Shown here: piece by piece, positions 55,781 to 64,000 of the stretch
Layout of the letters: the number at the start of each line of letters is the position of its first letter
Numbering within the stretch: position 1 is the stretch's first letter
IMG/VR virus record: IMGVR_UViG_3300047508_000198
Location: 1 to 64,000 of that record
Source: a virus
Direction: 5' to 3' (one strand)
Length of the DNA stretch: 64,000 bases
Made by a program: the position numbers and the translations under genes
Notes under the pieces: generated by a model
Told to the model about the DNA's origin: nothing
The model's database searches: none
The model's input: the letters and a program-made list of their open reading frames with translations, nothing else

Positions 55781-58700
55781 TCAAGGAACCATAGCAGGCT
55801 TCGCCTCGCGCTCGATGCCAAGTTCGCTGTAATCGGCCGCGCCGCGGCCGGAGTGCTTGATCGTGACGTGGTGGCCGAGCGGGTGGTATTCCCAGCTGGG
55901 GCTGGTGCGCTCCGGCTTCTGCGGGACCAGGTAGCCGGGGTTGCCGCTGTGGTCGACGTACGCGCCCTCCAGCTTGACGTGAGCACCCGGCCGGAAACGC
56001 ACCTCGGCCTCCCAGTCCATGGACCGGTGGATGCCCCGCCACATCGGGTGCGACCGCGGGAACGCCTGCTTCTCGTGGTCCTCGACGACGCCCTGCCAGA
56101 CGACCCGGCGCTTGCCGGGCTCGCCGGTCGGGTGGGTGATCAGCGCATCAGGGTTGGCCGTCCAGTGCATGCCGACCGACCCGGCATCCTTCGGGTGCTC
56201 GGTCTCATCGCGCATCTCGCCGCGCCAGACCCGGGTGCCGGGCGGCGGGTTCTTCGCCAGGTCGAACATCTCGCGGCGGTGCACGCCCAGGTCCTCGGTG
56301 TCGAAGGCGCGCTGCTGCTCCGGGGGCAGGCTGCCCGGGGTGATGACCGCGGTCCTGGCCGTGCGGAAGTCCTTCACCAGCACCGGGACCGGCTTGTCGT
56401 ACCCGGCCTCGTTCAGCGCGAAGGTCCGGTGATGGCCGTTCCACAGCCAGGACTGGTCATCATCGTGGACCAGGGTGATCGGATGGCTGGGCGGGTAGCT
56501 ATGCGTGTCGCCGCTCATCCCGCCGTGCAGGGACGGCTTGTAGCCCTGCTGGCGGATCTTCTCAGCCAGGTCGCTGATGTGCCGGCGCCCGGCGGGGTCC
56601 TGCATGCGCCAGGCCTCCCGCTGCGCGTACGGCAGCAGGTCGCGCGGGTGGATGCGCTCTACGCGCTGGGTGTAGAGGGCCGCCGCGGTCTTGTCCACCC
56701 GCGAGCGGCGCACCGTGTCCCAGGTCTTGGCGAAGCCCGGGTGCAGCGCGCCGGTCTCCTTCAGGCCGTCCACCTCGTGCTTGTCGAACCAGGCGTGGCC
56801 CTCGGCCTCGAAGCTGGTGCTGCCGCCGCCCTTCGGCTCGAACCGCTTGCCGAGGTCGGCCACGTGGGTGTCCGCGAACCAGCCGCCGTGATCGTCGCGC
56901 ACGGTGTGATGGTGCTTCATCCGGGGCAGCGGGCCCATCTCCTCGGCCGCCTCGCGCCGGGCCGCAGCGTAGGAGTCTTCCCCCTCGTGCTGCAGCGCGC
57001 CGCCGGGCAGCGCCCAGGTGCCGCCGTGGTCGGTGAAGCCGGAGGAGGTCCGCTTCTGCAGCAGGTACCGGTGGTGGCCGTCGGGGGCCCGGTGCCGCAG
57101 CAGCAGGAATGAGGCCCCGTGCGGGCCCCAGTGCTCATGGCCCTGGTCGCATTCGACGTAGCCGGTGTCAGGAGTAAAATCGTCACCGGCATTGGCCATA
57201 TCAATAATCATAGCCTTCTTCGGATACCCCTTGCCGGGCACCTCTTCCAAAACCCTGACCGGGGCTTTCGTGCGGAATGCTCCCGGGCCGCCATCTTCAG
57301 AGTCATCCTCCACCGGCCCGCTGGGCCGGACCCGGTACACGCGCGGCGTGTCGTCGGAGTATTCGTCATCCGGACTAGGGGCCGCATGAGCATAACCCGC
57401 GGCACGCTCCTGGCTCGTGGTGAGGTACACATGCTCCATGACAGAGCCGCTGACTCCCCCGCGGTGGCCGGGAGTCAGGTCCTGGCCGGGATGGAAGAAT
57501 TTCCTCGTCCCGTGAAAAAACTCCTGCGGCCCGGCCGAGGCCTGGCGCGGATACCCCTTGCCGGTACCCGGCTGGTTCCACCAGGGGTTCGGGTCCTCCG
57601 GCGAGGCACCGCGCTCGTGGAGGCTGACAACCCGCAGCGGGTGCTCAGACCGGTGGCCCATGCCGTCCGGGTCCGGCTCGACCGGGCCGGTCGGCTCCAC
57701 CTGGTAGATGCTGTACGTCTTGGCCTTGTTGCGGACGGCGGCCAGCCCGCCGAACGTCCGCGCCACTGAGTCAGTAGCCGATAGATATACATGCTTCTTG
57801 CTCGACACGTCATGGCCCTTGTGGCCGGGCTCGATCAGGGCGCCGGGGCTGAGCCGGGCGGCGGTGCCGTGGTAGTAAGGCCCGTCGTAGGCCGGGGCCG
57901 CGGCGGTCTTGCCCGGGTGGTGCATGTAGTCCTCGGGCAGGAACTCCGACGGCGCGATGTCGGCCGGGATGTGGTTGCCGTGCCGCTCCTTCACCTCGGG
58001 GCCCTTAGATGCGCCGGGCAGCTTGTACTTGCGCCGGTTCGGGATCCAGCTGTGCCGGTGGCCGATCACCGGCACCGCCTCGTGCCCGGCCTCAGCTGCC
58101 CAGGCCAGGCGGCTGTTGCCCTCGGGCACGTAGGCGTAGTTGGACTTCGGGTCCCAGTTGACGTGGATCGGCTGGCGGATGCCCTCGTCTCTCACGGACT
58201 GGACATTGGCCGCCCACTCCTCGGGCGTGTGCCGCGGCGCCATCACCTCGCCCTCGGGGCTGCGCGAGGTACCGGGCCCGTGGTGCCACTCGCGGTGCTT
58301 CATCAGCTTGTCGGTGCGCACCCACTCCACCCGGGCCTGCTCGAACCGCTTGCTCACCTCGGACAGGTCCCCGCCGGGCAGGATGGCCTGCTTGCGCACG
58401 CCGGGGTAGGCGCCGCCGTGCTCGGCGTGGAAGCGGCCCACCCGGTCGTACATCGGCTTATCCTCGTTCAGCTCCGAGGAGTAGCCACGCTTACCGTGCT
58501 GCCAATTCTCGTCCTCGCCCCAGAACCGGGGCTCGACCGGGTGATGCTCGACCTCGTGCGGCTCGGGCGCGGTCTTCGGCGGGGCGATGTGCTCGACGTG
58601 GGTGGTCTCGATCTGGCTGGGCCGGGTGGCGATCGCCGAGATGTGCCGGACGTCCTGCCTGGTGTGCTCGGCGAACTCCTTGTCCCACTCGCCGTCGTAG

Positions 58701-61054
58701 CTGCCCTGGCCGGGCCCCTCGACCTCGTTGCCGTAGGTGATGCCGTGATGGCCCTTGCGGATCAGGTCATCGGTGAAGTCGTGCAGGATCCGGGGCAGCT
58801 TCGGATGCCACTGCAGCACCTGCTGGGCGTGCCCGGCCACCCGGTGGAAGTACCGGGCGTGCGACGGGTCCTCCTCGCCCCAGTTGCGCTCGGCCAGCTC
58901 GTCATCGGACAGGCCGTGCGGGTTGGGGTGGCCGCCGGGCAGGTGCTCCTCGTGCCAGTTGCGGCGGGTGCCCTTGCTGTCGGAGTACTGCCACTGCATG
59001 CTGGCGTTGAGCTTGTCGTCGTGCCAGTCCGGGTGGTGCTTGTCGGCCCACTGGGCGATCGCCAGGTTGAGATGGTCCTCGGTCGGGAAGTGCGCCGGGT
59101 TCCGCATGTGCAGCCGGGCATGCACCAGGGCCGAACCGACGCCGGGGCTGCCGCCGCCGATCTTCGACGGGTAGATGCCCTTGGCGAACCCGTGCGCCAC
59201 CCGGTGCAGCGGGCTGAAGTGCGTGCCGAGCAGCTTGTTCGGCTGCGGCCAGCCGCGGCCGGACTCGCCGCCGCGCTGGTCCTCCAGCGGGCGGCCGGCC
59301 CGCAGGTCCTCCGGCTGGCCCTTGGTGCCGTGGAACCAGGCGTGGCTGAACTCCGGCCGGCCGCCGAACTGGCTAGTGCCGTGGTAGGGATTCGGGAAGG
59401 CCTCGGGCACGGCCGGATCGCCGACCGCGGCCAGGTGCCGGGAGGGGCGGCCGAAGTCGTGCCGGTGCCAGTGCTCCTGGCCGCCGTGCTTCCAGCTGAT
59501 GCCGGTCAGGTGCACCGGGGCCCCGTACTTCAGCGGCACCTCGTGCTCGCTGCGCTCGTGGTCGAAGCCGTACATGTGCCGGGCTTCGAGGTGGTCCGGA
59601 TCGGTCTCGATGTGGTCCTCGTCCGGGCTGGCGGCGTGCAGCACCACGTGGGTCACCGACGGCTTAGGACCCATCCCGACCGGGCCCTCATACGTATCGT
59701 CCGAGCCCCAGTGCCGGGCCGCGGTCTCGTTCGGGGTCCAGTGCACGCCGAGGTGGCCCTCATGGTCGGCGCCGTACTCCGCCTCCTCCTGGGTGCCGCC
59801 GTGGAAGCCCTCGCGGTGCAGGTAGCCGCGCAGGGCATGAGCGCGCTCGGCGGACGGCCGGGACTCGTCATGCACCGCGTCATGGACCTCGCGCGGCAGC
59901 TGCTTGACCAGGCCGCGGTGGATGCCGCCCGCAAATGGCAGGTGGTAATACCAGTCGGTGTAGGTGTCGCGGTGCTGCTCGGCCACCATCGGGTCATCGT
60001 GCTCGCCGTGCACCGGGCACTCGCGCATGGTCTGGCATTCCTCGTGCGCGCTGTTGTGCCCGGCAACATCCTCGTCGTCGAGCGGCTCACCGCAGTGGAA
60101 GCACGGCGGGTTGACGGCCGCGGCGAAGTGCTCCAGCAGGCTGACCTTGCGAACCACGCGCAGCGGGTGGCGCGAGCGGTAATCGCCCCCGCCGCCGCCC
60201 GGGTCGGGCTCGTGCGGCCCAGTCGGTTCCACCTCATAGACGGCTGGCGGCAACCGCGGGTCACCGCGGCTGCGGGCCCAGCGCGCGGCCTGGCCCGCCC
60301 CTGCGGAGAAAAACGTCCGGCCGATGGTGTCGTCCTGCTGGGTCGGCGTGATGCCGTGCTCGCGCAGGTACGGGGCGAGGGAAGACTCATGGCCGGGCTC
60401 GATCACAGCGCCCGGCTCCAGGTCCGCCCGGGTCCCGTGATACCAGGCGGCGAAGTGCTCCAGCAGCCCGGCGGTCTTCGGCTCGTCGAGACGCTCCAGG
60501 TGCTTCGCCGAGGGAACCACGGCGGAGATGGACCCCTCGTCCTCGCTGACGTTGCGGTAGAAGTAGCCGCTCTTGGCCCGGCCGCGCTTGATCTGGCCGG
60601 CCATCAGGCCGTTGGCCTTGAAGTCCTCGTGCGGGATGGCCGGGTGATTGGTCATGGGCCCGGTGATCCGCACCGGGAAGATGTGCGGCCGGGCATCGAG
60701 CGGGATCTTCGGGCTGTGGCCGGAGGCATCCGGTGAGTAGCTGGCCGTGCCGTTCGGGTAGGCCGGCTCGTGGTGCTCGACAACCCGCTTCCAGGTCCTA
60801 TCCGCGGGATTGAACTCGTGCCGGACCTGATCGCGGCTGATCAGCGTCTTGCCGTACTCCCGGGTACCGTCCCATTCGCCCTCGTGCGGCTTGCCGATCC
60901 GGGCCTCCAGCGCCTGCTTAGCCGCCTCGCGGGTCCCGACGTGGATGCCGTACCTCGCGCCGGTCTGCCAGGTCCGTACGTCCGGGGTGCCGTGGTAGAA
61001 GGTCCACCCGGGATCCGGCTGGTACGTCCCGAAGTGCGCCATCAGGTCAGGCAT
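55781..61054 (-). CDS. Polyvalent effector polyprotein (1757 aa): multiple ART-like, 3 Arr-like, 2 ParB-like and 1 NUDIX modules
   Basis: [YF]HGT starts; VY.V.P.GP.E.D...R...PLRVV; Nudix box PGG....E....AARREAAEEMG; EGNSRL and NGHHRT ParB-like motifs. Confidence 0.8.
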   Translation of the reverse strand: MPDLMAHFGTYQPDPGWTFYHGTPDVRTWQTGARYGIHVGTREAAKQALEARIGKPHEGEWDGTREYGKTLISRDQVRHEFNPADRTWKRVVEHHEPAYPNGTASYSPDASGHSPKIPLDARPHIFPVRITGPMTNHPAIPHEDFKANGLMAGQIKRGRAKSGYFYRNVSEDEGSISAVVPSAKHLERLDEPKTAGLLEHFAAWYHGTRADLEPGAVIEPGHESSLAPYLREHGITPTQQDDTIGRTFFSAGAGQAARWARSRGDPRLPPAVYEVEPTGPHEPDPGGGGGDYRSRHPLRVVRKVSLLEHFAAAVNPPCFHCGEPLDDEDVAGHNSAHEECQTMRECPVHGEHDDPMVAEQHRDTYTDWYYHLPFAGGIHRGLVKQLPREVHDAVHDESRPSAERAHALRGYLHREGFHGGTQEEAEYGADHEGHLGVHWTPNETAARHWGSDDTYEGPVGMGPKPSVTHVVLHAASPDEDHIETDPDHLEARHMYGFDHERSEHEVPLKYGAPVHLTGISWKHGGQEHWHRHDFGRPSRHLAAVGDPAVPEAFPNPYHGTSQFGGRPEFSHAWFHGTKGQPEDLRAGRPLEDQRGGESGRGWPQPNKLLGTHFSPLHRVAHGFAKGIYPSKIGGGSPGVGSALVHARLHMRNPAHFPTEDHLNLAIAQWADKHHPDWHDDKLNASMQWQYSDSKGTRRNWHEEHLPGGHPNPHGLSDDELAERNWGEEDPSHARYFHRVAGHAQQVLQWHPKLPRILHDFTDDLIRKGHHGITYGNEVEGPGQGSYDGEWDKEFAEHTRQDVRHISAIATRPSQIETTHVEHIAPPKTAPEPHEVEHHPVEPRFWGEDENWQHGKRGYSSELNEDKPMYDRVGRFHAEHGGAYPGVRKQAILPGGDLSEVSKRFEQARVEWVRTDKLMKHREWHHGPGTSRSPEGEVMAPRHTPEEWAANVQSVRDEGIRQPIHVNWDPKSNYAYVPEGNSRLAWAAEAGHEAVPVIGHRHSWIPNRRKYKLPGASKGPEVKERHGNHIPADIAPSEFLPEDYMHHPGKTAAAPAYDGPYYHGTAARLSPGALIEPGHKGHDVSSKKHVYLSATDSVARTFGGLAAVRNKAKTYSIYQVEPTGPVEPDPDGMGHRSEHPLRVVSLHERGASPEDPNPWWNQPGTGKGYPRQASAGPQEFFHGTRKFFHPGQDLTPGHRGGVSGSVMEHVYLTTSQERAAGYAHAAPSPDDEYSDDTPRVYRVRPSGPVEDDSEDGGPGAFRTKAPVRVLEEVPGKGYPKKAMIIDMANAGDDFTPDTGYVECDQGHEHWGPHGASFLLLRHRAPDGHHRYLLQKRTSSGFTDHGGTWALPGGALQHEGEDSYAAARREAAEEMGPLPRMKHHHTVRDDHGGWFADTHVADLGKRFEPKGGGSTSFEAEGHAWFDKHEVDGLKETGALHPGFAKTWDTVRRSRVDKTAAALYTQRVERIHPRDLLPYAQREAWRMQDPAGRRHISDLAEKIRQQGYKPSLHGGMSGDTHSYPPSHPITLVHDDDQSWLWNGHHRTFALNEAGYDKPVPVLVKDFRTARTAVITPGSLPPEQQRAFDTEDLGVHRREMFDLAKNPPPGTRVWRGEMRDETEHPKDAGSVGMHWTANPDALITHPTGEPGKRRVVWQGVVEDHEKQAFPRSHPMWRGIHRSMDWEAEVRFRPGAHVKLEGAYVDHSGNPGYLVPQKPERTSPSWEYHPLGHHVTIKHSGRGAADYSELGIEREAKPAMVP

Positions 61055-63998
61055 GGGCGGGCTCCAGGTCAGCGGTCGTCATGCCGTGGCCGAGCGCGAC
61101 TGGAGCATGGTCCGCTGGACCGTACTTCAGCTGCTTCAGCTTGCTCACCAGGTCGCCGCTGGCCTGGTCGAGGGCCTTCTCCAGCACGTTGGCGGTGCCC
61201 TGCCAGCCCAGCCCGGTCTCGCTGAAGTCCTGCACCCGGCCGCCGTGGATGTAGTCCCAGATCCGGCCCGCCTCCTGGGTGCGGAACGGCTCGGGCAGCC
61301 GCAGGATGGCGCGGACCTGGCTGATCAGCCCGCGGGCCTCCTGGAAGACCGCGCTGCCCTGCGGGAACTGCTCGGGGGACCAGTCCGGCATGTCCGGCGG
61401 CTTCACCGCCCAGTCGTCGCGGGTCAGGTCGTAGGCGGCGTAGGGCTTGATCACCCGGATGTCCAGCGCGTTGTGGTTGACGTAGCCGGTCAGGTCATAC
61501 GTGCCGTCCGGGTCGAACGGCGGGTGCCAGCCGGGCGCGTTGAAGCGCTGCTGCAGGATCGTGTTCAGGTGCCGGTCGATCTCGGTGTCAGTCAGGTCGG
61601 CCAGCTGCATGCTCTCCCGGCGGGCGTAGGAGTAGGCCACGCCGATCAGCACGTCAAGGTCCCCGTTGCCGACCAGCTCCGGGCTCGTCCACTTGGAGGC
61701 CTGAGAGCCCGCCAGGTAGACCCGGGTCACCACGTCCCAGGCCGGGCCCAGGACGGGCTCCAGGACGCCCTGGAGCCGCCCCAGCAGCGCCTGGCGGACC
61801 TCGGGCTTCAGCTGCTCGTCCTTGGTGAACAGCCGGTGATCCAGGCCGTAGGTCGGGCCGAAGATCCGCTCGGTCGGGACGAAGACCGCGGTATGCCGGC
61901 TCTCCCTGCGCTCGCGGCAGGCGTCCTTGTCGGTGCACTCCATCGCGAGCCCCATGACCGGGGCGTACGGGCTGGCCTTCGTGAACTTCTCTTTACTGTC
62001 CCGGACGCCGCACTTCCAGCACTCTTCCTGGTCCGGCTGCAGCGGCTTGCGGCGGGCCCCAGCGCGCCCGAGCGGCAACGGCTCCTGGCCGTGGCCGGGC
62101 ATCCGGGCCTGCTGGTGCTCAGCCTCCCCTGGGCTCAGGTGGTCCTCATACGCGCCGTGGTGCTGGGTGACCTGGATCCGGTGCGGGTCGAAGACGATCG
62201 CCGACTTATTGGCCTCCGTGCCGTGCTTGCTGACCTCATACTCGTTGCCGTAGATGACGCCATCGTGGCCCTGGTCCTGCAGCCGCCTGCGGAACCGGTC
62301 GGCGATACCCCACCGGTCGGGGTGCCGGTTCAGCCAGGTGGTCCGGGCCGGGTGCGGGTTGGCGCCGTAGCCGAACGAACCCTCGATCTTGTCCTTCCAG
62401 ATCTTGTGGTTACCGAACTGCTGGTGGATCCGGTGCGCCTCGGGCCACATCTCCTCGACCTCGGCCCGGTCGTCCTCGTCGTCGCTGCCTAGAGGGATGT
62501 GGTTGCTGGGGTGATTGCCGGCCGCGTACTCGTGCTCGTAGGCCTCGTGGTCCATGTCGTGCTCAGAGTCGTAGACCTTCGGGTTGTGCATCCCGAGCCG
62601 GGCGTGGATGATGCCGCGGGACTCGCCGCGGTGCTCGTCCCCGTGCCGCTCGTTGCGGCCGGAGGTATGCTCGCCGAGCGCGAAGTCCTTGGCGATGTCG
62701 TGGTCGGCAGTGAAGTGCGTGCCGAGCAGCCCGTTCCAGCTGCCGTTCGGCTCGGAGTCCGGGTGCTCGAAGTAGCTCTCGTCCGTCGTCATCGGGTCCT
62801 GGAAGCCGTGCTGGCTCAGCTCCTCGGGGTAGGCCCGGGTGCCGTGGAACCACTCGTCGCCCCCGGTGTGCGGGTTGCGCATGCCGGGCATCGGCAGCAC
62901 GGCCTCGTGCTGTCCGGGGCGCGGCACCTTCCGGACCACCTCCCACGGGTCGGATGAGGCCCACTCAATGCCCCGGGCGTCGCGGCGGTGCCCGTACCAG
63001 CCGGTCGGCTTGACCTCATACACGTGCTGGCCGTAGCCGCGGGCGCCCTTGTAGGCATCATCCGGCTCGGCCTGCTCGGTCGCGTAAACGTGCGTCATCC
63101 GGCTCACGAAGTTGCCGGGGTGGCCGGGCTCGATGTGCTCACCGGGCCCGAACTCCTTGCGGCTGCCGTGGTACAGCGGCGCCGGGACATCCTGCGGGTG
63201 GCGCAGGTGGGTCAGGCCGGTGCCCGCCGTCCACAGGTCCTCGTGCTGACCAGCGGGGCCATGCGCCGTCACCCGGCCCTTGATGTTGGTGTCGTAGGAC
63301 CAGCCGGCCTGGCGGGCACCTTCACGCTCATTCCAGTGGTCCTGGTTGGTCCAATGACCGGGATCATCGGGACCCCTGCCGAGGTGGTCCGGGTCGTCGG
63401 GGTCCATGAACCCCTCGTGCTGGCGGGTCGGCACGTGGGTGATGCCCGCGCGCTCGGCCGCGAGCAGCCGGGTGTGGCCGTTGCGGACCTGGGGCGGGTC
63501 CTGCTCGTAGTCGACCGGGATGGGCCGCTTGACGCCGTTGCGCGCAACGTCCGCAACGAACGCGCGCACCGAGGGGTGGTCCCAGACGATGTTGTCCCGG
63601 GCCTCGGCCCAGGTATCGAAGTCGTACGGCTTGTAGTGCGCGAGCATGTGCGCCACGGACTCGGTGCGCTCGGCCGCGGGGACCGGACCTGAAGTTTTCT
63701 CCCAGGCGCTCGTACGAAACTTAAAATGACTATAAGGTCCAAAGTTGCCTGCTGAGCCCTCGTGCTGCTGGTGGGGCTCCAGGTGTTCAGTGTGATGGAC
63801 GTCGAGGGCGTCGCCCGTGCCGGTGCGCCACTCGCTCATGCTGCTCACCGGATAGCCCTGCGCGCCCGGCTTCGGCCGGACGTGCAGCATGGCGAAGTGC
63901 TTCGGGTCCTTGGCGGCGAAGGCCTTGGTGTCGGTGGCGAAGAACATCGGGTCCTCGGGCCCGCCCGCGATCTGCCGGTGCACCGCGAAGTGCTTGTA
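61047..63998 (-). CDS. Polyvalent polyprotein, 5'-truncated by the window edge: ParB-like, Arr-like, ART-like, C-terminal nucleotidyltransferase
   Basis: Frame open to the edge; RNGHTRL; LYHGS...VYEVKPTG; WFHGT...LLGTHFT; LAGSQAS...GDLDVLI (Pol-beta NTase motif). Confidence 0.78.
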   Translation of the reverse strand, partial: YKHFAVHRQIAGGPEDPMFFATDTKAFAAKDPKHFAMLHVRPKPGAQGYPVSSMSEWRTGTGDALDVHHTEHLEPHQQHEGSAGNFGPYSHFKFRTSAWEKTSGPVPAAERTESVAHMLAHYKPYDFDTWAEARDNIVWDHPSVRAFVADVARNGVKRPIPVDYEQDPPQVRNGHTRLLAAERAGITHVPTRQHEGFMDPDDPDHLGRGPDDPGHWTNQDHWNEREGARQAGWSYDTNIKGRVTAHGPAGQHEDLWTAGTGLTHLRHPQDVPAPLYHGSRKEFGPGEHIEPGHPGNFVSRMTHVYATEQAEPDDAYKGARGYGQHVYEVKPTGWYGHRRDARGIEWASSDPWEVVRKVPRPGQHEAVLPMPGMRNPHTGGDEWFHGTRAYPEELSQHGFQDPMTTDESYFEHPDSEPNGSWNGLLGTHFTADHDIAKDFALGEHTSGRNERHGDEHRGESRGIIHARLGMHNPKVYDSEHDMDHEAYEHEYAAGNHPSNHIPLGSDDEDDRAEVEEMWPEAHRIHQQFGNHKIWKDKIEGSFGYGANPHPARTTWLNRHPDRWGIADRFRRRLQDQGHDGVIYGNEYEVSKHGTEANKSAIVFDPHRIQVTQHHGAYEDHLSPGEAEHQQARMPGHGQEPLPLGRAGARRKPLQPDQEECWKCGVRDSKEKFTKASPYAPVMGLAMECTDKDACRERRESRHTAVFVPTERIFGPTYGLDHRLFTKDEQLKPEVRQALLGRLQGVLEPVLGPAWDVVTRVYLAGSQASKWTSPELVGNGDLDVLIGVAYSYARRESMQLADLTDTEIDRHLNTILQQRFNAPGWHPPFDPDGTYDLTGYVNHNALDIRVIKPYAAYDLTRDDWAVKPPDMPDWSPEQFPQGSAVFQEARGLISQVRAILRLPEPFRTQEAGRIWDYIHGGRVQDFSETGLGWQGTANVLEKALDQASGDLVSKLKQLKYGPADHAPVALGHGMTTADLEPAHA

Positions 63999-64000
63999 GA

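Noticed and set aside
57245-60445. Rifampicin-resistance arr genes
   Set aside because: The domains are diverged, embedded in phage polyproteins and multi-copy; fold similarity does not establish the substrate
1-64000. tRNA/rRNA genes, integrase, transposase or host chromosomal flank
   Set aside because: None recognised by eye; prophage versus free phage cannot be decided from this window

Overview
The whole window looks like a segment of a large, very GC-rich actinobacterial phage genome related to Bxz1-type (mycobacteriophage cluster C-like) myoviruses. BldC, DUF397 and Lipoprotein_15-type genes point to a filamentous actinomycete host. The minus strand carries the head module: endolysin, major capsid protein, decoration protein, a 2043-aa protease/scaffold, portal, and several giant modular proteins. 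A plus-strand block of small accessory genes (about 32-42 kb) is driven by a repeated operator-containing promoter. The most striking feature is a probable RNA-guided system. A stand-alone Cas7/RAMP-like gene (45964-46956) and a coupled accessory gene are followed directly by a ~2 kb non-coding array of GGC-NN pentamers, cut into units by a GGCAGTC/GGCCGTC separator. Two more arrays with the same grammar lie at about 7.0-7.9 kb and 27.4-29.0 kb, giving roughly 80 units by eye. Second, several head-associated polyproteins carry repeated Arr-like and other ADP-ribosyltransferase-like, ParB-like, NUDIX and nucleotidyltransferase modules, separated by a recurring [HRK]-[TQEF]-A linker that may be a maturation-protease site. 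Two candidate structured ncRNAs, a candidate late-promoter motif and three duplicated mini-ORFs were also seen. All family calls come from motif recognition by eye; no searches were run.
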